A stretch of DNA of 64,000 nucleotides, taken from Candidatus Iainarchaeum sp. Lineage in GTDB: Archaea; Iainarchaeota; Iainarchaeia; Iainarchaeales; JAZDFD01. Location: the NCBI GenBank assembly GCA_043808155.1, contig JAZDFD010000024.1:10017-74016 (forward strand). Direction: 5' to 3'. A program made the position numbers and the translations under genes. Positions 39,723-49,806 of this stretch are shown one piece after another (within the stretch, counting starts at the first letter, position 1; every line of letters begins with the position of its first letter). The notes below the pieces were generated by a model, which saw nothing but the letters and a program-made list of their open reading frames with translations, had not been told where the DNA came from and did not search any database.

Positions 39723-40607
39723 ATGGTTTTGGAATCATTAACTGATGTGCATTTCATCAGGAGAAACCCTGTTGTTATGCTATTTCTGGCGATTGTTGTT
39801 TCATCTGTGGGCATGTGGATTGCTTATTTTACTTTCCCGGAATCTGCATCAGTTCTGGCTATTGCTAACATTGCGATTGCGTTAGTTCCCATAATGCACA
39901 GGCTCTTTGTTGTGGAGGAAGTCTGTGAAATTATGAGCCCAGGGGGTACACTTGGTTTTCTGTCAAGACATGGCTGTGCTCTGAAAATTTATACTTGGCT
40001 TTTTATTGGTTTGATTGTATCCTATGCTTTTTGGTATGTTGCAATGCCAATCGAAGTTAAGGAAAGTGTATTTGCACAGCAAGATAGTGAACTTGATAAA
40101 ATTTCAGATCTTAAAACTCAGTTAACAGGAAATGCGTATATGCCAATAACTGCCTGCGATAAAGATTTCTGGTGCTGGTTCCAGATAGTGATGTATAACA
40201 ATTCCAGTGTTCTGCTTTGGGCAATTCTGTTTTCATTTATTTATGGAGCGGGAGCTATATTCCTTATCAGCTGGAATGCATCAATTATCGGGATTGTTGT
40301 TGGCAGAGACATTATTGGTTTAGTTGCAAGCTATGCACATTTGGGTGTGGGCTGGGATCTTGCTGCAGCTTACATGCACGGGCTTTTCAATGCCTTGGGA
40401 TTTTTGCCTCATGGTTTGCCGGAAGCACTTGGTTATTTCATTGGAGCATTTGCAGGTGCAATTATTTCAGTTGCGATAAGTAAAAGACAATACAGAAGCA
40501 AAGAGTTTGAAACAATTGCAAAAGATGCATTTATTCTGGTTTTAATTGCATTGCTTTTCATATTAATTGGTGCGTTAATAGAAGCTTATTTGTTAATTTC
40601 AATGTGA
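39723..40607 (+). CDS. SpoIIM-family membrane protein
   Basis: Multi-TM; YNN, WNASIIG, LPHGLPE, ALIEAY. Confidence 0.85.
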   Translation: MVLESLTDVHFIRRNPVVMLFLAIVVSSVGMWIAYFTFPESASVLAIANIAIALVPIMHRLFVVEEVCEIMSPGGTLGFLSRHGCALKIYTWLFIGLIVSYAFWYVAMPIEVKESVFAQQDSELDKISDLKTQLTGNAYMPITACDKDFWCWFQIVMYNNSSVLLWAILFSFIYGAGAIFLISWNASIIGIVVGRDIIGLVASYAHLGVGWDLAAAYMHGLFNALGFLPHGLPEALGYFIGAFAGAIISVAISKRQYRSKEFETIAKDAFILVLIALLFILIGALIEAYLLISM

Positions 40608-40654
40608 ATCAGTTTCAAAATTAATTTTCAGAATTAGTTTCAGGTAGGAATTTT

Positions 40655-41638
40655 TTAATCCTGAGTGAGGTTTTGTTTTTTCCTTGATTTTTCAACTGCT
40701 TTGTCTACGAATTCTTCAATTAATTGTTTGTAGGGTTCGATTTGTTTTTCAAAGTTTTCAGATTCTTTTCCTTTTGTTCCAATTCTGTCGGACATGGACG
40801 CGGCTAAATTTGAAAGTTCAACTGGAAAAAATATTTTTGTGCTTTGCCCTTTTGACATTTCTTCCAGTGCTTTTATGTAATAATAATTGATTGCGTTTTG
40901 TGAAAGATTTTCTGTTGCATCTTTTACTGCTTCAATTTCTGCTTTGTGCGCATCTGCCTTCTGTAATCTTGCTAATTTTTCCTGAACAGCTGCTTTTTGT
41001 TCGTGCATTGCATCCATTACGATTTTTGGCACATCCACATCTTTGATTTCCACTGATGCAATGTCAACACCCCAGTTTCTTGAGATTAAAATAAGTTTTT
41101 CTTTTAGTGCAGCATTTAATTTTGGGAGGTTTGCAATAATCTCTGAAAGAGTCATACCGCCCATAACATCACGGATTGTTGAAATCACATAAAGTTTTAC
41201 TGCGTCTCTGAAATCTTCAACTTCAATAACTGAGTTTATTACTGACTGCGGGTCAGAACTTACTTTGAGGTAAATTATTGCATCAACTCTCAGCTCTATT
41301 GAATCCTGAGTTATTACATCCTGTTTTGGCACATCTAATGTGTGGGTTCTCAAATCTACGTGTTTGTGATTTTCAATAAAAGGAATCATAAAAGCCCAGC
41401 CTGGACCCCCGACTCTGTTGACTTTACCAAACCTGAAAATCACTGCTCGTTCATATTCTGTAAGAAGAAGAATTATGTCAAATTTCCAGAATATGAAAAG
41501 AAAGACTGCTAAAAGTCCAATCCACAGCAAATTGTCAGAAATCATCTGAATGTTTACGATTATTGCTGCAATAATCATAAGTACAAATAAGACTAAAACA
41601 ATGAAAATTATCTTCTTAATTCCTGATTCTGAAGCCAT
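40655..41638 (-). CDS. SPFH/band 7 (stomatin-like) protein
   Basis: YERAVIFRFGK, VDLRT..DVPKQDVITQD, WGVDIASVEIKDV. Confidence 0.92.
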   Translation of the reverse strand: MASESGIKKIIFIVLVLFVLMIIAAIIVNIQMISDNLLWIGLLAVFLFIFWKFDIILLLTEYERAVIFRFGKVNRVGGPGWAFMIPFIENHKHVDLRTHTLDVPKQDVITQDSIELRVDAIIYLKVSSDPQSVINSVIEVEDFRDAVKLYVISTIRDVMGGMTLSEIIANLPKLNAALKEKLILISRNWGVDIASVEIKDVDVPKIVMDAMHEQKAAVQEKLARLQKADAHKAEIEAVKDATENLSQNAINYYYIKALEEMSKGQSTKIFFPVELSNLAASMSDRIGTKGKESENFEKQIEPYKQLIEEFVDKAVEKSRKKQNLTQD

Positions 41639-41716
41639 AAAATCACGCCAAATGCGAAAGGTAAATATATTATACTAATTGATAGTTTATATATATTGTC
41701 TTTAAAGGGATATTAA

Positions 41717-42943
41717 ATGGCTGAGCAAAAACGCGTACTGGTAATGTGCATTGACAGGGACGATGACCTGGGCAGAAAAACAACTATTCAGGGACCTGTT
41801 ATAGGCAGAGAAAAGAATCTTAATGCAGCCACTGCTTTGGCTTTGCAAGACCCTACAGAGGCAGATGCAAACACAATGTTTGCAACTGTTAAGAAATATG
41901 ATGAATTAAAGAAAATTTATACGGATATTGAAATTGCTACAATTACTGGACACGGGAAAATAGGGTTTCAGGCAGATAAAAAAATAAATGAACAGCTTGA
42001 TTTTGTGTTTGAACAGTTTCCTGCAGATTCAATTGTTTTGATTACTGACGGCATGGAAGATGACCAAGTAATCCCAATTCTTCAGGGGCGTGCAAAAATA
42101 ATTTCAAAAGAAAATGTAATTATAAAACAGGCACAGGCTGTTGAATCAACTTATTACACTATTAAAGAAGTACTTAAAGACCCTGATATTGCAAGAATTG
42201 TTTTTGGAATTCCGGGTTTGGTTCTTTTACTTTATGTTGCACTTGGAAGTTTCTCATTGCAGATAATTTCATTTATTTTGGGTGCGTATCTATTGCTTAA
42301 AGGATTTGGAATTGAAGAAAGAATTCTCAGAGCCTTTAAATACATTACACAAACAGTTTCAATTCACAGAATTTCATTCCCATTTTATATTGGAGGCGTA
42401 ATTATTCTGAGTTTTGGTGTGATTACATCATACAATACTTACATATCAAACACAGCAACTGATTTGATTCTTCAGATTGCAAGTTCATTGCAACCGATAT
42501 ATGCATTTGCAACATTGAGTGTATTAACAATGATTTTGGGACGATGTATTGATGTGATTAATATAAAGAAGGCTTACAGATTGAGAAAATATTTTATGAT
42601 GTCTATTTCTGCGTTAATGATTTGGTTAATTTTTGATTCTGCAACATTAGTTGTTCTTAGGCAGGCAGATTTGAATTGGTTTTTATTTACGATTGCAATT
42701 TCATTTGCAGTTCTTTTGGTGTCATACAGAGTTTCAGCAATTATTGATGTGAGAAAGAAAATAACAAAATTGCTTATTGGTTTGCCGGTTTACAATGAAG
42801 AAGGAATCTGGGTTGGCAAAGTTTCTGAAATAAATAAAAAAACTGATTCAGTTACATATCAAGATATCAGAGATAAAACAGAAAAAAGTGCAAAAAGAAA
42901 ACAGTTTTTACTCCGCGACGGAAGAATTCTTATACAGCGATAG
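41717..42943 (+). CDS. DUF373 family membrane protein
   Basis: [38 protein letters not shown]. Confidence 0.9.
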   Translation: MAEQKRVLVMCIDRDDDLGRKTTIQGPVIGREKNLNAATALALQDPTEADANTMFATVKKYDELKKIYTDIEIATITGHGKIGFQADKKINEQLDFVFEQFPADSIVLITDGMEDDQVIPILQGRAKIISKENVIIKQAQAVESTYYTIKEVLKDPDIARIVFGIPGLVLLLYVALGSFSLQIISFILGAYLLLKGFGIEERILRAFKYITQTVSIHRISFPFYIGGVIILSFGVITSYNTYISNTATDLILQIASSLQPIYAFATLSVLTMILGRCIDVINIKKAYRLRKYFMMSISALMIWLIFDSATLVVLRQADLNWFLFTIAISFAVLLVSYRVSAIIDVRKKITKLLIGLPVYNEEGIWVGKVSEINKKTDSVTYQDIRDKTEKSAKRKQFLLRDGRILIQR

Positions 42944-44360
42944 TTTTCTTAGCTACTTTTTTTAGAATTTTTGGTTTTTCGATTTTTTTAACTGTACTTA
43001 TTATATTTGTAAGGCTTTTTATCATCGCATTTTTTCTGCTGTGTTTTACAAATGCATTATTCAGAACATCAGTTAGTGTTTTTACGGGAATTATTTTTAT
43101 TTTCTTCAGTTCAGATGCAGACAAAATAATATCTTCAATATTTGATGCAGGCACAATTAATTCCTCAAAACCTGCTGCAATTGCGGCTAGTGTTTTTGCA
43201 GTTACTCCGCCTACAGGCAAAACATCACCCCTAACACTTAATGAACCTGTCATTGCAAGGTTTTGTTTTATTGGGATTCCTTCCATTGCAGAAATTACTG
43301 CAGTTGCAACTGAAACAGATGCTGAATCGCCCTCAACACCCTCATAAGATTGTAAGAACTGAATATGAATATCATGTTTTGAAACATCTTTTCCTGAAAT
43401 CTTTTTTATGATTGCAGAAACATTCTGAACTGCTTCTCTTGCGATTTCCCCTAATTTGCCTGTTGCAATTAATTTTCCTTCAGATTTTGATGCCGCAGGT
43501 GCAACCTCTGCCTCAATTGGCATTACAATACCAGCGGAGCCGTCCACAAAAACTGCTAAACCATTTACCCGTCCAACAACACTTCCGATGCTTTTGTAGA
43601 CTTCGTAATCTTTTTTTTGCTGAATCATTTCATCAACCATCTGCTGTTCTAAAGTTCTTGCAGACATTTTTGCCTGATAGAGATCTTCAACATCAACAAA
43701 CTCATGGCCTTTTTCTTTTGCAATGTCTCCTGCTGCTCTTACAAGTCCTCCGATGTCACGAAGTTTCAGAGTTAATCTGTTCTTTCGTCCTGCTCTTTTC
43801 TTTGCTTCGAAAATTATCTGTTCGACTGCTTCTCTTGTGAAGTGCGGGATTTTTCCATCTTTTTTAACTTCCTGTGCAACTAACTGAACTAAATTGTCTC
43901 TGTTTTCTTTTGTGTCAGGCATATCAACATTCATGTAAATTTCATAACCATAACCGCGTATTCTTGAACGTAAAGCAGGGTGAACTTTTTTCAAATCATC
44001 ATAGTTCCCTGCTGCAACCAAAACAAAATCACATGGGACTGCTTCTGTTCTTGTCATTGCACCACTTGACATTTCTGATTGCCCTGTAATGGCATATTTC
44101 TTTTCCTGCATTGCAGTAAGAAGTTCCTGCTGTGACTTCGGGCTTAAAGTTGCAATCTCATCAACGAAAAGAACACCTCCTGAAGCTCTGTGAATCATTC
44201 CGGGCTCAACTCTTAAGTGTGGTGGTGTTCCAAGACCGCCTGAGTTATGCACTAAAATGTCTTCTACAAAAAGGTTTCCAGTTTCTGTTGTGACATTATA
44301 CACGTGTCCTTTAAAATCACGTTCAGATTTAGATTCAAATTTAGATTTACTTGCTTTCAT
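42930..44360 (-). CDS. lonB: LonB protease C-terminal half fused to split-intein C-fragment
   Basis: 39-aa IntC then SGGLGTPPH, Walker [15 protein letters not shown], catalytic EGDSAS and GGVTAK; in-frame TAA at about 44412-44414 upstream, so it is a separate gene. Confidence 0.93.
   Translation of the reverse strand: MKASKSKFESKSERDFKGHVYNVTTETGNLFVEDILVHNSGGLGTPPHLRVEPGMIHRASGGVLFVDEIATLSPKSQQELLTAMQEKKYAITGQSEMSSGAMTRTEAVPCDFVLVAAGNYDDLKKVHPALRSRIRGYGYEIYMNVDMPDTKENRDNLVQLVAQEVKKDGKIPHFTREAVEQIIFEAKKRAGRKNRLTLKLRDIGGLVRAAGDIAKEKGHEFVDVEDLYQAKMSARTLEQQMVDEMIQQKKDYEVYKSIGSVVGRVNGLAVFVDGSAGIVMPIEAEVAPAASKSEGKLIATGKLGEIAREAVQNVSAIIKKISGKDVSKHDIHIQFLQSYEGVEGDSASVSVATAVISAMEGIPIKQNLAMTGSLSVRGDVLPVGGVTAKTLAAIAAGFEELIVPASNIEDIILSASELKKIKIIPVKTLTDVLNNAFVKHSRKNAMIKSLTNIISTVKKIEKPKILKKVAKKTIAV
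44244..44360 (-). mobile_element. split intein C-fragment (IntC, 39 aa)
   Basis: [40 protein letters not shown]: blocks F and G with His-Asn and +1 Ser. Confidence 0.92.
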
Positions 44361-44438
44361 GATATATAAATACAGGAGTGAAAGGAATAAAAAGGTTGTT
44401 TTCAGCTTTTGTTAAGTTTTGATTTTTTTAGTGTCGAA

Positions 44439-44540
44439 TCATTCTGCAATTACTAAATTTAAGGAAAACATAATGAATCTTACAAATAAGTAAAGGTATG
44501 CAGTCAGACCAGTTAAAGCCATTGCAAGACCGATTTTCAT
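44439..44540 (-). CDS. putative 33-aa hydrophobic micro-protein (not in ORF track)
   Basis: MKIGLAMALTGLTAYLYLFVRFIMFSLNLVIAE*, starting 8 nt after the PLC-like gene stop. Confidence 0.4.
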   Translation of the reverse strand: MKIGLAMALTGLTAYLYLFVRFIMFSLNLVIAE

Positions 44541-44548
44541 TTTTAAAC

Positions 44549-45232
44549 TCATAAATGTTTCTCCAATGATTCAAGACATTTGTCTATTGAAATTTTTTTG
44601 AATTCTTTTAAATAAGATGTTAATGTAGATTTTTGTTCTAATATTGTTTTCATAAAAATCTCATCTAAATTGCCGGGGATAAAGTTAATAATTTTGAAAG
44701 TATCTATACCTGGCTCTCTTAAATAAATCGCTGCCATGGATTTGTATAATAAAATATCAGTATGATTGAAACCTAAATCAACTAAGAGACATGTATCATT
44801 AGAACGGAAAATATTGCCGGCACTTTCAAAAGCAAAAAACCAGTCTGCTTCACCCTGAAAGTAATCATCAATAAGCAGATATAAAGCAAATTTTTGGGCA
44901 ATGTTATTTGCATCAACATTATAGAACTCATAAATACTTTTATCCGACCAGTTTTTATCATTAGACCAAACATCATCGACTATTAAATGAGTTTCAAATC
45001 CTGCAAGAAATGCTTTAGAGTATTTATCTGCATTAGAGATTTCGAATATGGACTGTTTTCCTTCAACCTCATGGGTTATATTTCTATCAGTAGAATTTAT
45101 GTATCTAATATCGGGTGCGATGGCTCCAAAAAAATAGTCGTCGATGTTATCATAATTTGAAATTATTGATTTCTTTTTAAGTCTACTTAAAATTAATTTT
45201 GCCATCCATTCATGAGTAAATAGGAAAGCCAT
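44549..45232 (-). CDS. zinc-dependent phospholipase C / P1-nuclease fold protein
   Basis: N-terminal TH, FGAIAPD, TH and GFETHLIVD Zn-ligand pattern; TATAAA 22 nt upstream of ATG 45232. Confidence 0.75.
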   Translation of the reverse strand: MAFLFTHEWMAKLILSRLKKKSIISNYDNIDDYFFGAIAPDIRYINSTDRNITHEVEGKQSIFEISNADKYSKAFLAGFETHLIVDDVWSNDKNWSDKSIYEFYNVDANNIAQKFALYLLIDDYFQGEADWFFAFESAGNIFRSNDTCLLVDLGFNHTDILLYKSMAAIYLREPGIDTFKIINFIPGNLDEIFMKTILEQKSTLTSYLKEFKKISIDKCLESLEKHL

Positions 45233-45288
45233 ATACAACATCAGTTTGTATAATTTATATTGTTTCTGGTACAGGATTCACTAATAAT

Positions 45289-46335
45289 TTATGTCAAGTG
45301 GATAGTTTTGCTTTGTTCTGTTTCTACTTTTAGCAGTTCTTTTCCAAGTTTTTGCTTTTTTCTTTTGTATTTTATTGCGATTTCAATTTGTTCATATGTG
45401 CGCCTTTTCTTGTCTTTTGCATAAATCAAGGGGAAAACACTATCAAAGAATAAAACTTTGTGAAAATGTGTTCGAAAGAAAATTCTGAAACAATGGCTAA
45501 AATTACCATCTTTTCTCAGTGTTTTCTTGCTGAAATCTTTTCTAATATTTGGAGTTGTGTCAACACCAACAGATTTGCACAATCTTTTAAGGCTTTTAAG
45601 AAAGGTGATATGCTTGCCCTCAAGTTTTTCAATCTTGCTTAAACCTAATGTTAAATTTGTGAAACGATAATTTCCGCGATTGTCAGATCTCCAAGAAGGA
45701 ACAGAAAATTCCGAAGAAATTAAGCCATCAAGAAATGCTATTCTTATTTTTTTGCTTAAGGAAAGAATATTTTTTGGAGGCATATAGGGGGTTGAAACTT
45801 TGTCACCAACTGGCACTCCCAAAGCAACAAACAATCTTATGGCAGCTCTGTCAAAAGTTCTAATATTATAAGAGTGACCATATTCGCCACCCTCCACTAT
45901 GTTAATTTTATTTTTAACAAAAGGAAATATCTCGATAAGATTTTCTTTGAAAATTTCAATATCTTCGATTTTAGAAGAAATAAAAGCCAGTGTATTTAAT
46001 CTTATATCAATTCCGCCATCCCCAAACAACATACCCATAATTCTAAATATTTCTTTTATGTGCTTGTGTTTTGTAGTAAGAGGCAGAAAGCCTGCTTCTT
46101 TTAGTTTGTCAACAGTTTTCAAAGGAATTGGTTTTCCTCTTTTATTAGTTCTAGTGTGCCACCATCTTATTCTTCCTTGTGGAACTCCTAATATTTTTGC
46201 ACATCTTTTGTAACCAAAACTTGGATTTTCTTTAACCAATTGCAGATATTGCTTGTATTTTTTGCAGGATTCAATATCATAATCGGAATATGTGTTAATG
46301 ATGTCTTGCTCTGTTACCAACTCTCTAGCTGTCAT
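45289..46335 (-). CDS. free-standing HTH + LAGLIDADG homing endonuclease (intein DOD type)
   Basis: HTH GYKRCAKILGVPQGRIRWW; IMGMLFGDGG and FLDGLISSE helices; LGVPVGDKV; own ATG with TTATAAA 22 nt upstream; no intein termini. Confidence 0.85.
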   Translation of the reverse strand: MTARELVTEQDIINTYSDYDIESCKKYKQYLQLVKENPSFGYKRCAKILGVPQGRIRWWHTRTNKRGKPIPLKTVDKLKEAGFLPLTTKHKHIKEIFRIMGMLFGDGGIDIRLNTLAFISSKIEDIEIFKENLIEIFPFVKNKINIVEGGEYGHSYNIRTFDRAAIRLFVALGVPVGDKVSTPYMPPKNILSLSKKIRIAFLDGLISSEFSVPSWRSDNRGNYRFTNLTLGLSKIEKLEGKHITFLKSLKRLCKSVGVDTTPNIRKDFSKKTLRKDGNFSHCFRIFFRTHFHKVLFFDSVFPLIYAKDKKRRTYEQIEIAIKYKRKKQKLGKELLKVETEQSKTIHLT

Positions 46336-46432
46336 ATAAAAATTACGATTTTTGCATTTATAAGTGCTTTGAGAGCACATTTCCGGTAAACTCCAGTCAA
46401 GACTTATTCCAAGTTTCTTCGAAGAATAAGAC

Positions 46433-47464
46433 TCATCTAAAATTAGCAATTGCAGAAGCAATTACTTTAATCTCTTCAAGAAGAATTAGATTATCTCTTT
46501 CAGAAATATTTTCTGCTTCTTTGCTTTCTTTTGAAGTGAAGACTTTGTGTTCTGGAGTTAGAGAAACTGTTTTTTCTCCGACTTTAATATCAACTAGCTT
46601 ACCTTCAAATGGTTGTCTATTTAAAGAAAGAATTCTTGAAACAACTGGCTTTCCTTCTTTGTAACCTATAGTATAAAGCTCTTCTCCTGGGGGGAGCATT
46701 ACTGCTTCGTAGTTCTTCTCGTTTCTTTCAATTAAATGTTTATATTTGGAATTGATGTGAGACCATAATTCAATAAATGTAATCTCCTCAAATTGAGCTC
46801 CTTTTCGCAAATAAAGCTTGGAAAAGCCGTAATTACACTGAAGCGGGTCATGTCTAACGTCCCCAAGCAATGAACCTGCTCTTGCACCAGTTCCTTCAAA
46901 AAAGGGAGCAATTTTTTTCTTATCATTATCAATCAAAAGTTTTGGTGATTCGTTTCCCACTTTTGTTCTTAACTGAGACCCCAGCATTGTTCCGACAACT
47001 AAAAATCCGCCCAAAATAATCATTGCTGCAAATACAACATCCGGCACCCACCCCATTTGCCATACAACACTTGCTAAAATAAACCAGCCAATTGGAAGAA
47101 TCAAACTAAACAATCTCATATTGTCTTCTTCTTTTTTTGATTCAAGTCTTTCTTTCTGCAGAATTTTCTGCCCTTCACCTGCTTTTACAACTTTTACTTT
47201 TGGGTTGTTTGGGTCTGCAGCATTCGGATACATTAAAACATCGTGTAATTTCTGAACTGGGAGAATTTCAGCCATTCCCTGTGCTAACATTGATTTTCCA
47301 GTTCCCGGAATACCCACAAGCAGAACATTTCTTTTTTGAGCTGCTGCTTTTTTTATTAATTCAACACTTTTTTCCTGACCCAAAACCTGATTTATGGTTT
47401 TTTCAGGAACATGAATTTCAGCAGTAGTTTTGTAATTTGCAGGGATTTGTGACATATAATACAT
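46433..47464 (-). CDS. lonB: LonB protease N-terminal half fused to split-intein N-fragment
   Basis: QVLGQE, Walker A GIPGTGKS, two TM helices, GSLLGDVRHDPLQ, then intein Cys1; stop after 134 intein residues; likely start 47455. Confidence 0.93.
   Translation of the reverse strand: MYYMSQIPANYKTTAEIHVPEKTINQVLGQEKSVELIKKAAAQKRNVLLVGIPGTGKSMLAQGMAEILPVQKLHDVLMYPNAADPNNPKVKVVKAGEGQKILQKERLESKKEEDNMRLFSLILPIGWFILASVVWQMGWVPDVVFAAMIILGGFLVVGTMLGSQLRTKVGNESPKLLIDNDKKKIAPFFEGTGARAGSLLGDVRHDPLQCNYGFSKLYLRKGAQFEEITFIELWSHINSKYKHLIERNEKNYEAVMLPPGEELYTIGYKEGKPVVSRILSLNRQPFEGKLVDIKVGEKTVSLTPEHKVFTSKESKEAENISERDNLILLEEIKVIASAIANFR
46436..46837 (-). mobile_element. split intein N-fragment (IntN, 134 aa)
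   Basis: Starts CNYGFSKLY (Cys1); block B VSLTPEHKVF; ends DNLILLEEIKVIASAIANFR* with no block F/G. Confidence 0.9.
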
Positions 47465-47509
47465 TAATTAATAAGAATGAATTAAAAAACTTTGGAATGC
47501 GTATTAATT

Positions 47510-48430
47510 ATGAGTGAAATGAAATTAGTGTTTTTAGGGACTGGTGCGTCAAATCCTACGAAAAAAAGGAATCTGAGTAGCGTAGCTTTGAAATTTAACG
47601 GAGAGTGGTTACTCTTTGATTGCGCGGAAGGAACCCAAAGACAGATGCTTCATACAAATGTAAGTTACATGAAAGTGAATCATATTTTTATTACTCATTT
47701 CCACGGAGACCACATTTTGGGTCTGCCTGGTCTGGTTGCAACAATGGCAATCCATGAAAGAGAAGAAGATCTGCATATTTACGGCCCTAAGGGTGTGCGT
47801 AAACTTATTGGTTCCCTTATGAAAGTTGCAGGAGACCAAATGACTTTCAAAATTAAATATCATGAAGTTCCACTAAATGGTGGCGAAATATTAAAAGATG
47901 AAAATTTTTCTGTGCGATCTGTTCCTCTAAAGCACAATACAAAATGTTTTGGTTATGTTTTTAAAGAAAAAGATAAAGAAGGAAAGTTCATGCGCAATAA
48001 AGCAGAGGAACTTGGAATTCCTGTTGGGCCATTGTACAGCAAACTTGCGACTGGTGAAAATGTAACAGTTAACGGGCAAATTTTCAGACCCGAAGATGTA
48101 ATGGATTATTCAAAAGGCAAAAAAGGCAGAAAAATTTCTTATATTGTGGATACAATGCCAAATGAAAAATATTTCAAAGCAATTGAAGATTCAGATTTAT
48201 TAATTCATGAATCAAGTTTTGCAGATGAGTTGGAGAAACGTGCCAAAGAAACATCACACTCCACTTCAAAGCAGGCAGCAGAAGTTGCAAAAAAATGCAA
48301 TGTGAAGAGATTAATTCTTACTCATGTTTCTCCGCGTTATAAAAATGACAAAGACATTCTTGCTGATGCGAAAAAAGTTTTCAAAAATACTAAAGTTGCG
48401 GAAGATTTTTTAATTATAGAAATTAAGTGA
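47510..48430 (+). CDS. rnz: ribonuclease Z
   Basis: FLGTG..PTKKRN, DCAEGTQ, THFHGDHILG, flexible arm GIPVGP, HES, HST, THVSPRY. Confidence 0.96.
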   Translation: MSEMKLVFLGTGASNPTKKRNLSSVALKFNGEWLLFDCAEGTQRQMLHTNVSYMKVNHIFITHFHGDHILGLPGLVATMAIHEREEDLHIYGPKGVRKLIGSLMKVAGDQMTFKIKYHEVPLNGGEILKDENFSVRSVPLKHNTKCFGYVFKEKDKEGKFMRNKAEELGIPVGPLYSKLATGENVTVNGQIFRPEDVMDYSKGKKGRKISYIVDTMPNEKYFKAIEDSDLLIHESSFADELEKRAKETSHSTSKQAAEVAKKCNVKRLILTHVSPRYKNDKDILADAKKVFKNTKVAEDFLIIEIK

Positions 48431-48993
48431 TACATATGTTGGGGCCAAAAGGAAGGAAAGTTAATCTTAAAAAAACAACAAAATCAAAAACCAAAGCAAC
48501 ATATGTTGGCGAAAAAGAATATTTAGGTTATGATATGGAAGGTGAGGTTCGATCTCACGAATTCAAAATCGGAACAGGGCAGAAAAATAGAAGTGTATTT
48601 CTTGCAGTTAAAAAATATTACCCTAATTTTACATCGAAATATGTGAAAGAACGTCTTGAAATAATGCAAGAGCTTCATGCACTTAACAGAATGAGAAAAA
48701 AGATGGGTGAATCAACATTGAGACTTTTTTCTACTTTTCGGATTATTGAAAAAAAGGGTGAACCACACATGCTTGCATCAAGTATATTGAATGCGCAACC
48801 ATATGACCTGACACGCGAGGAAAAAGGAGATTGGTTTAAAGATGCAAGTAAACAACTCAAAATTCTTCATGAAGAAGGATATATTGCAAACACAGAAGCG
48901 TTTCTCCCTTACAGAGACCCCAAAACAAAAAAAATAGTTGCTATAATTGGTGACTCAGGTGGAGTTAAAAGAAAGACCCCTACCAAAAAATAA
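48427..48993 (+). CDS. hypothetical protein, possible degenerate kinase-like fold
   Basis: LGYDMEGEV, LAVKKY, LHEEGY and IIGDSG in kinase-like order; basic N-terminus. Confidence 0.45.
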   Translation: MIHMLGPKGRKVNLKKTTKSKTKATYVGEKEYLGYDMEGEVRSHEFKIGTGQKNRSVFLAVKKYYPNFTSKYVKERLEIMQELHALNRMRKKMGESTLRLFSTFRIIEKKGEPHMLASSILNAQPYDLTREEKGDWFKDASKQLKILHEEGYIANTEAFLPYRDPKTKKIVAIIGDSGGVKRKTPTKK

Positions 48994-48995
48994 AA

Positions 48996-49685
48996 TTACT
49001 TCATAGTGAAACTTTCCCCGGGTTTTAGAATTATGGGTTTTGTTTTAAGGATTGATTTTTCTATTTTTGCTTTGAATTCACGCGGGTCTGCTTTTATTGT
49101 TTTGAAAGTGTTGTAGTGCATTGGAACTGCATATTTTGGTTTCATTGTTTTAACAGCACGAACCGCATCAACAACATCCATTGTATTTGCACCACCGATT
49201 GGAAGTAAAGTGATGTCTGCATGGATTCCTGCAAACTGATCAATCAAAGAAGTATCACCTGCGTGATAAACTGACTGACCTTTGTGAGAAATTAAATAAC
49301 CTAAAGGATAAAACGAACGGGGATGATGAGCATCCTTTGCAGTAATTTCAACATGGTCTAAAATAATTGTTTGATCCCGGCAAATTGAATGTAATTTATT
49401 TTTTGGGAGATTCAACTGATTTAGAATACTGTCATGAGCAACAATTTTAGTGTCATTTCCCAAAGCAAACTTTTCAATTGCTTTCTGATCAAAGTGGTCA
49501 AAGTGTTCGTGCGTTATTAAAATTGAGGAAATATTCTGAAATGTATTTGTGTTTGTAACACATGGAATCAGCCTTTCAAAAGTAAGATCATCAGTATTAT
49601 GATTAATGTACGGGTCTATCAAAAGATTTATCCCAGGGAAAGAGACCCTGAAAAATGAATGACCTAAAAACTGAATCTTAACCAT
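48996..49685 (-). CDS. metallo-beta-lactamase fold hydrolase (UPF0173-like)
   Basis: FLGHS, LIDPY, THEHFDH, YHAGDT, LLPIGG, PMHYNTF. Confidence 0.9.
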   Translation of the reverse strand: MVKIQFLGHSFFRVSFPGINLLIDPYINHNTDDLTFERLIPCVTNTNTFQNISSILITHEHFDHFDQKAIEKFALGNDTKIVAHDSILNQLNLPKNKLHSICRDQTIILDHVEITAKDAHHPRSFYPLGYLISHKGQSVYHAGDTSLIDQFAGIHADITLLPIGGANTMDVVDAVRAVKTMKPKYAVPMHYNTFKTIKADPREFKAKIEKSILKTKPIILKPGESFTMK

Positions 49686-49806
49686 ATGCTCACAAACTGC
49701 GTTACTATAAAATAAATAGGGGGCAGTGAATTTAAACACAACGCAGAAAACAACTTATTAACAGAAAGAAATAATAATCTAAAAGTGTTATAATAAATGA
49801 AAAATC

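Noticed and set aside
46336-46461. ORF-track N-terminal extension of the endonuclease, read as a simple frameshift continuation of IntN
   Set aside because: The segment contains a TATA box and hairpin at promoter spacing from ATG 46335. Even if fused, the endonuclease ORF ends without intein block F/G, so IntC would still be a separate gene.
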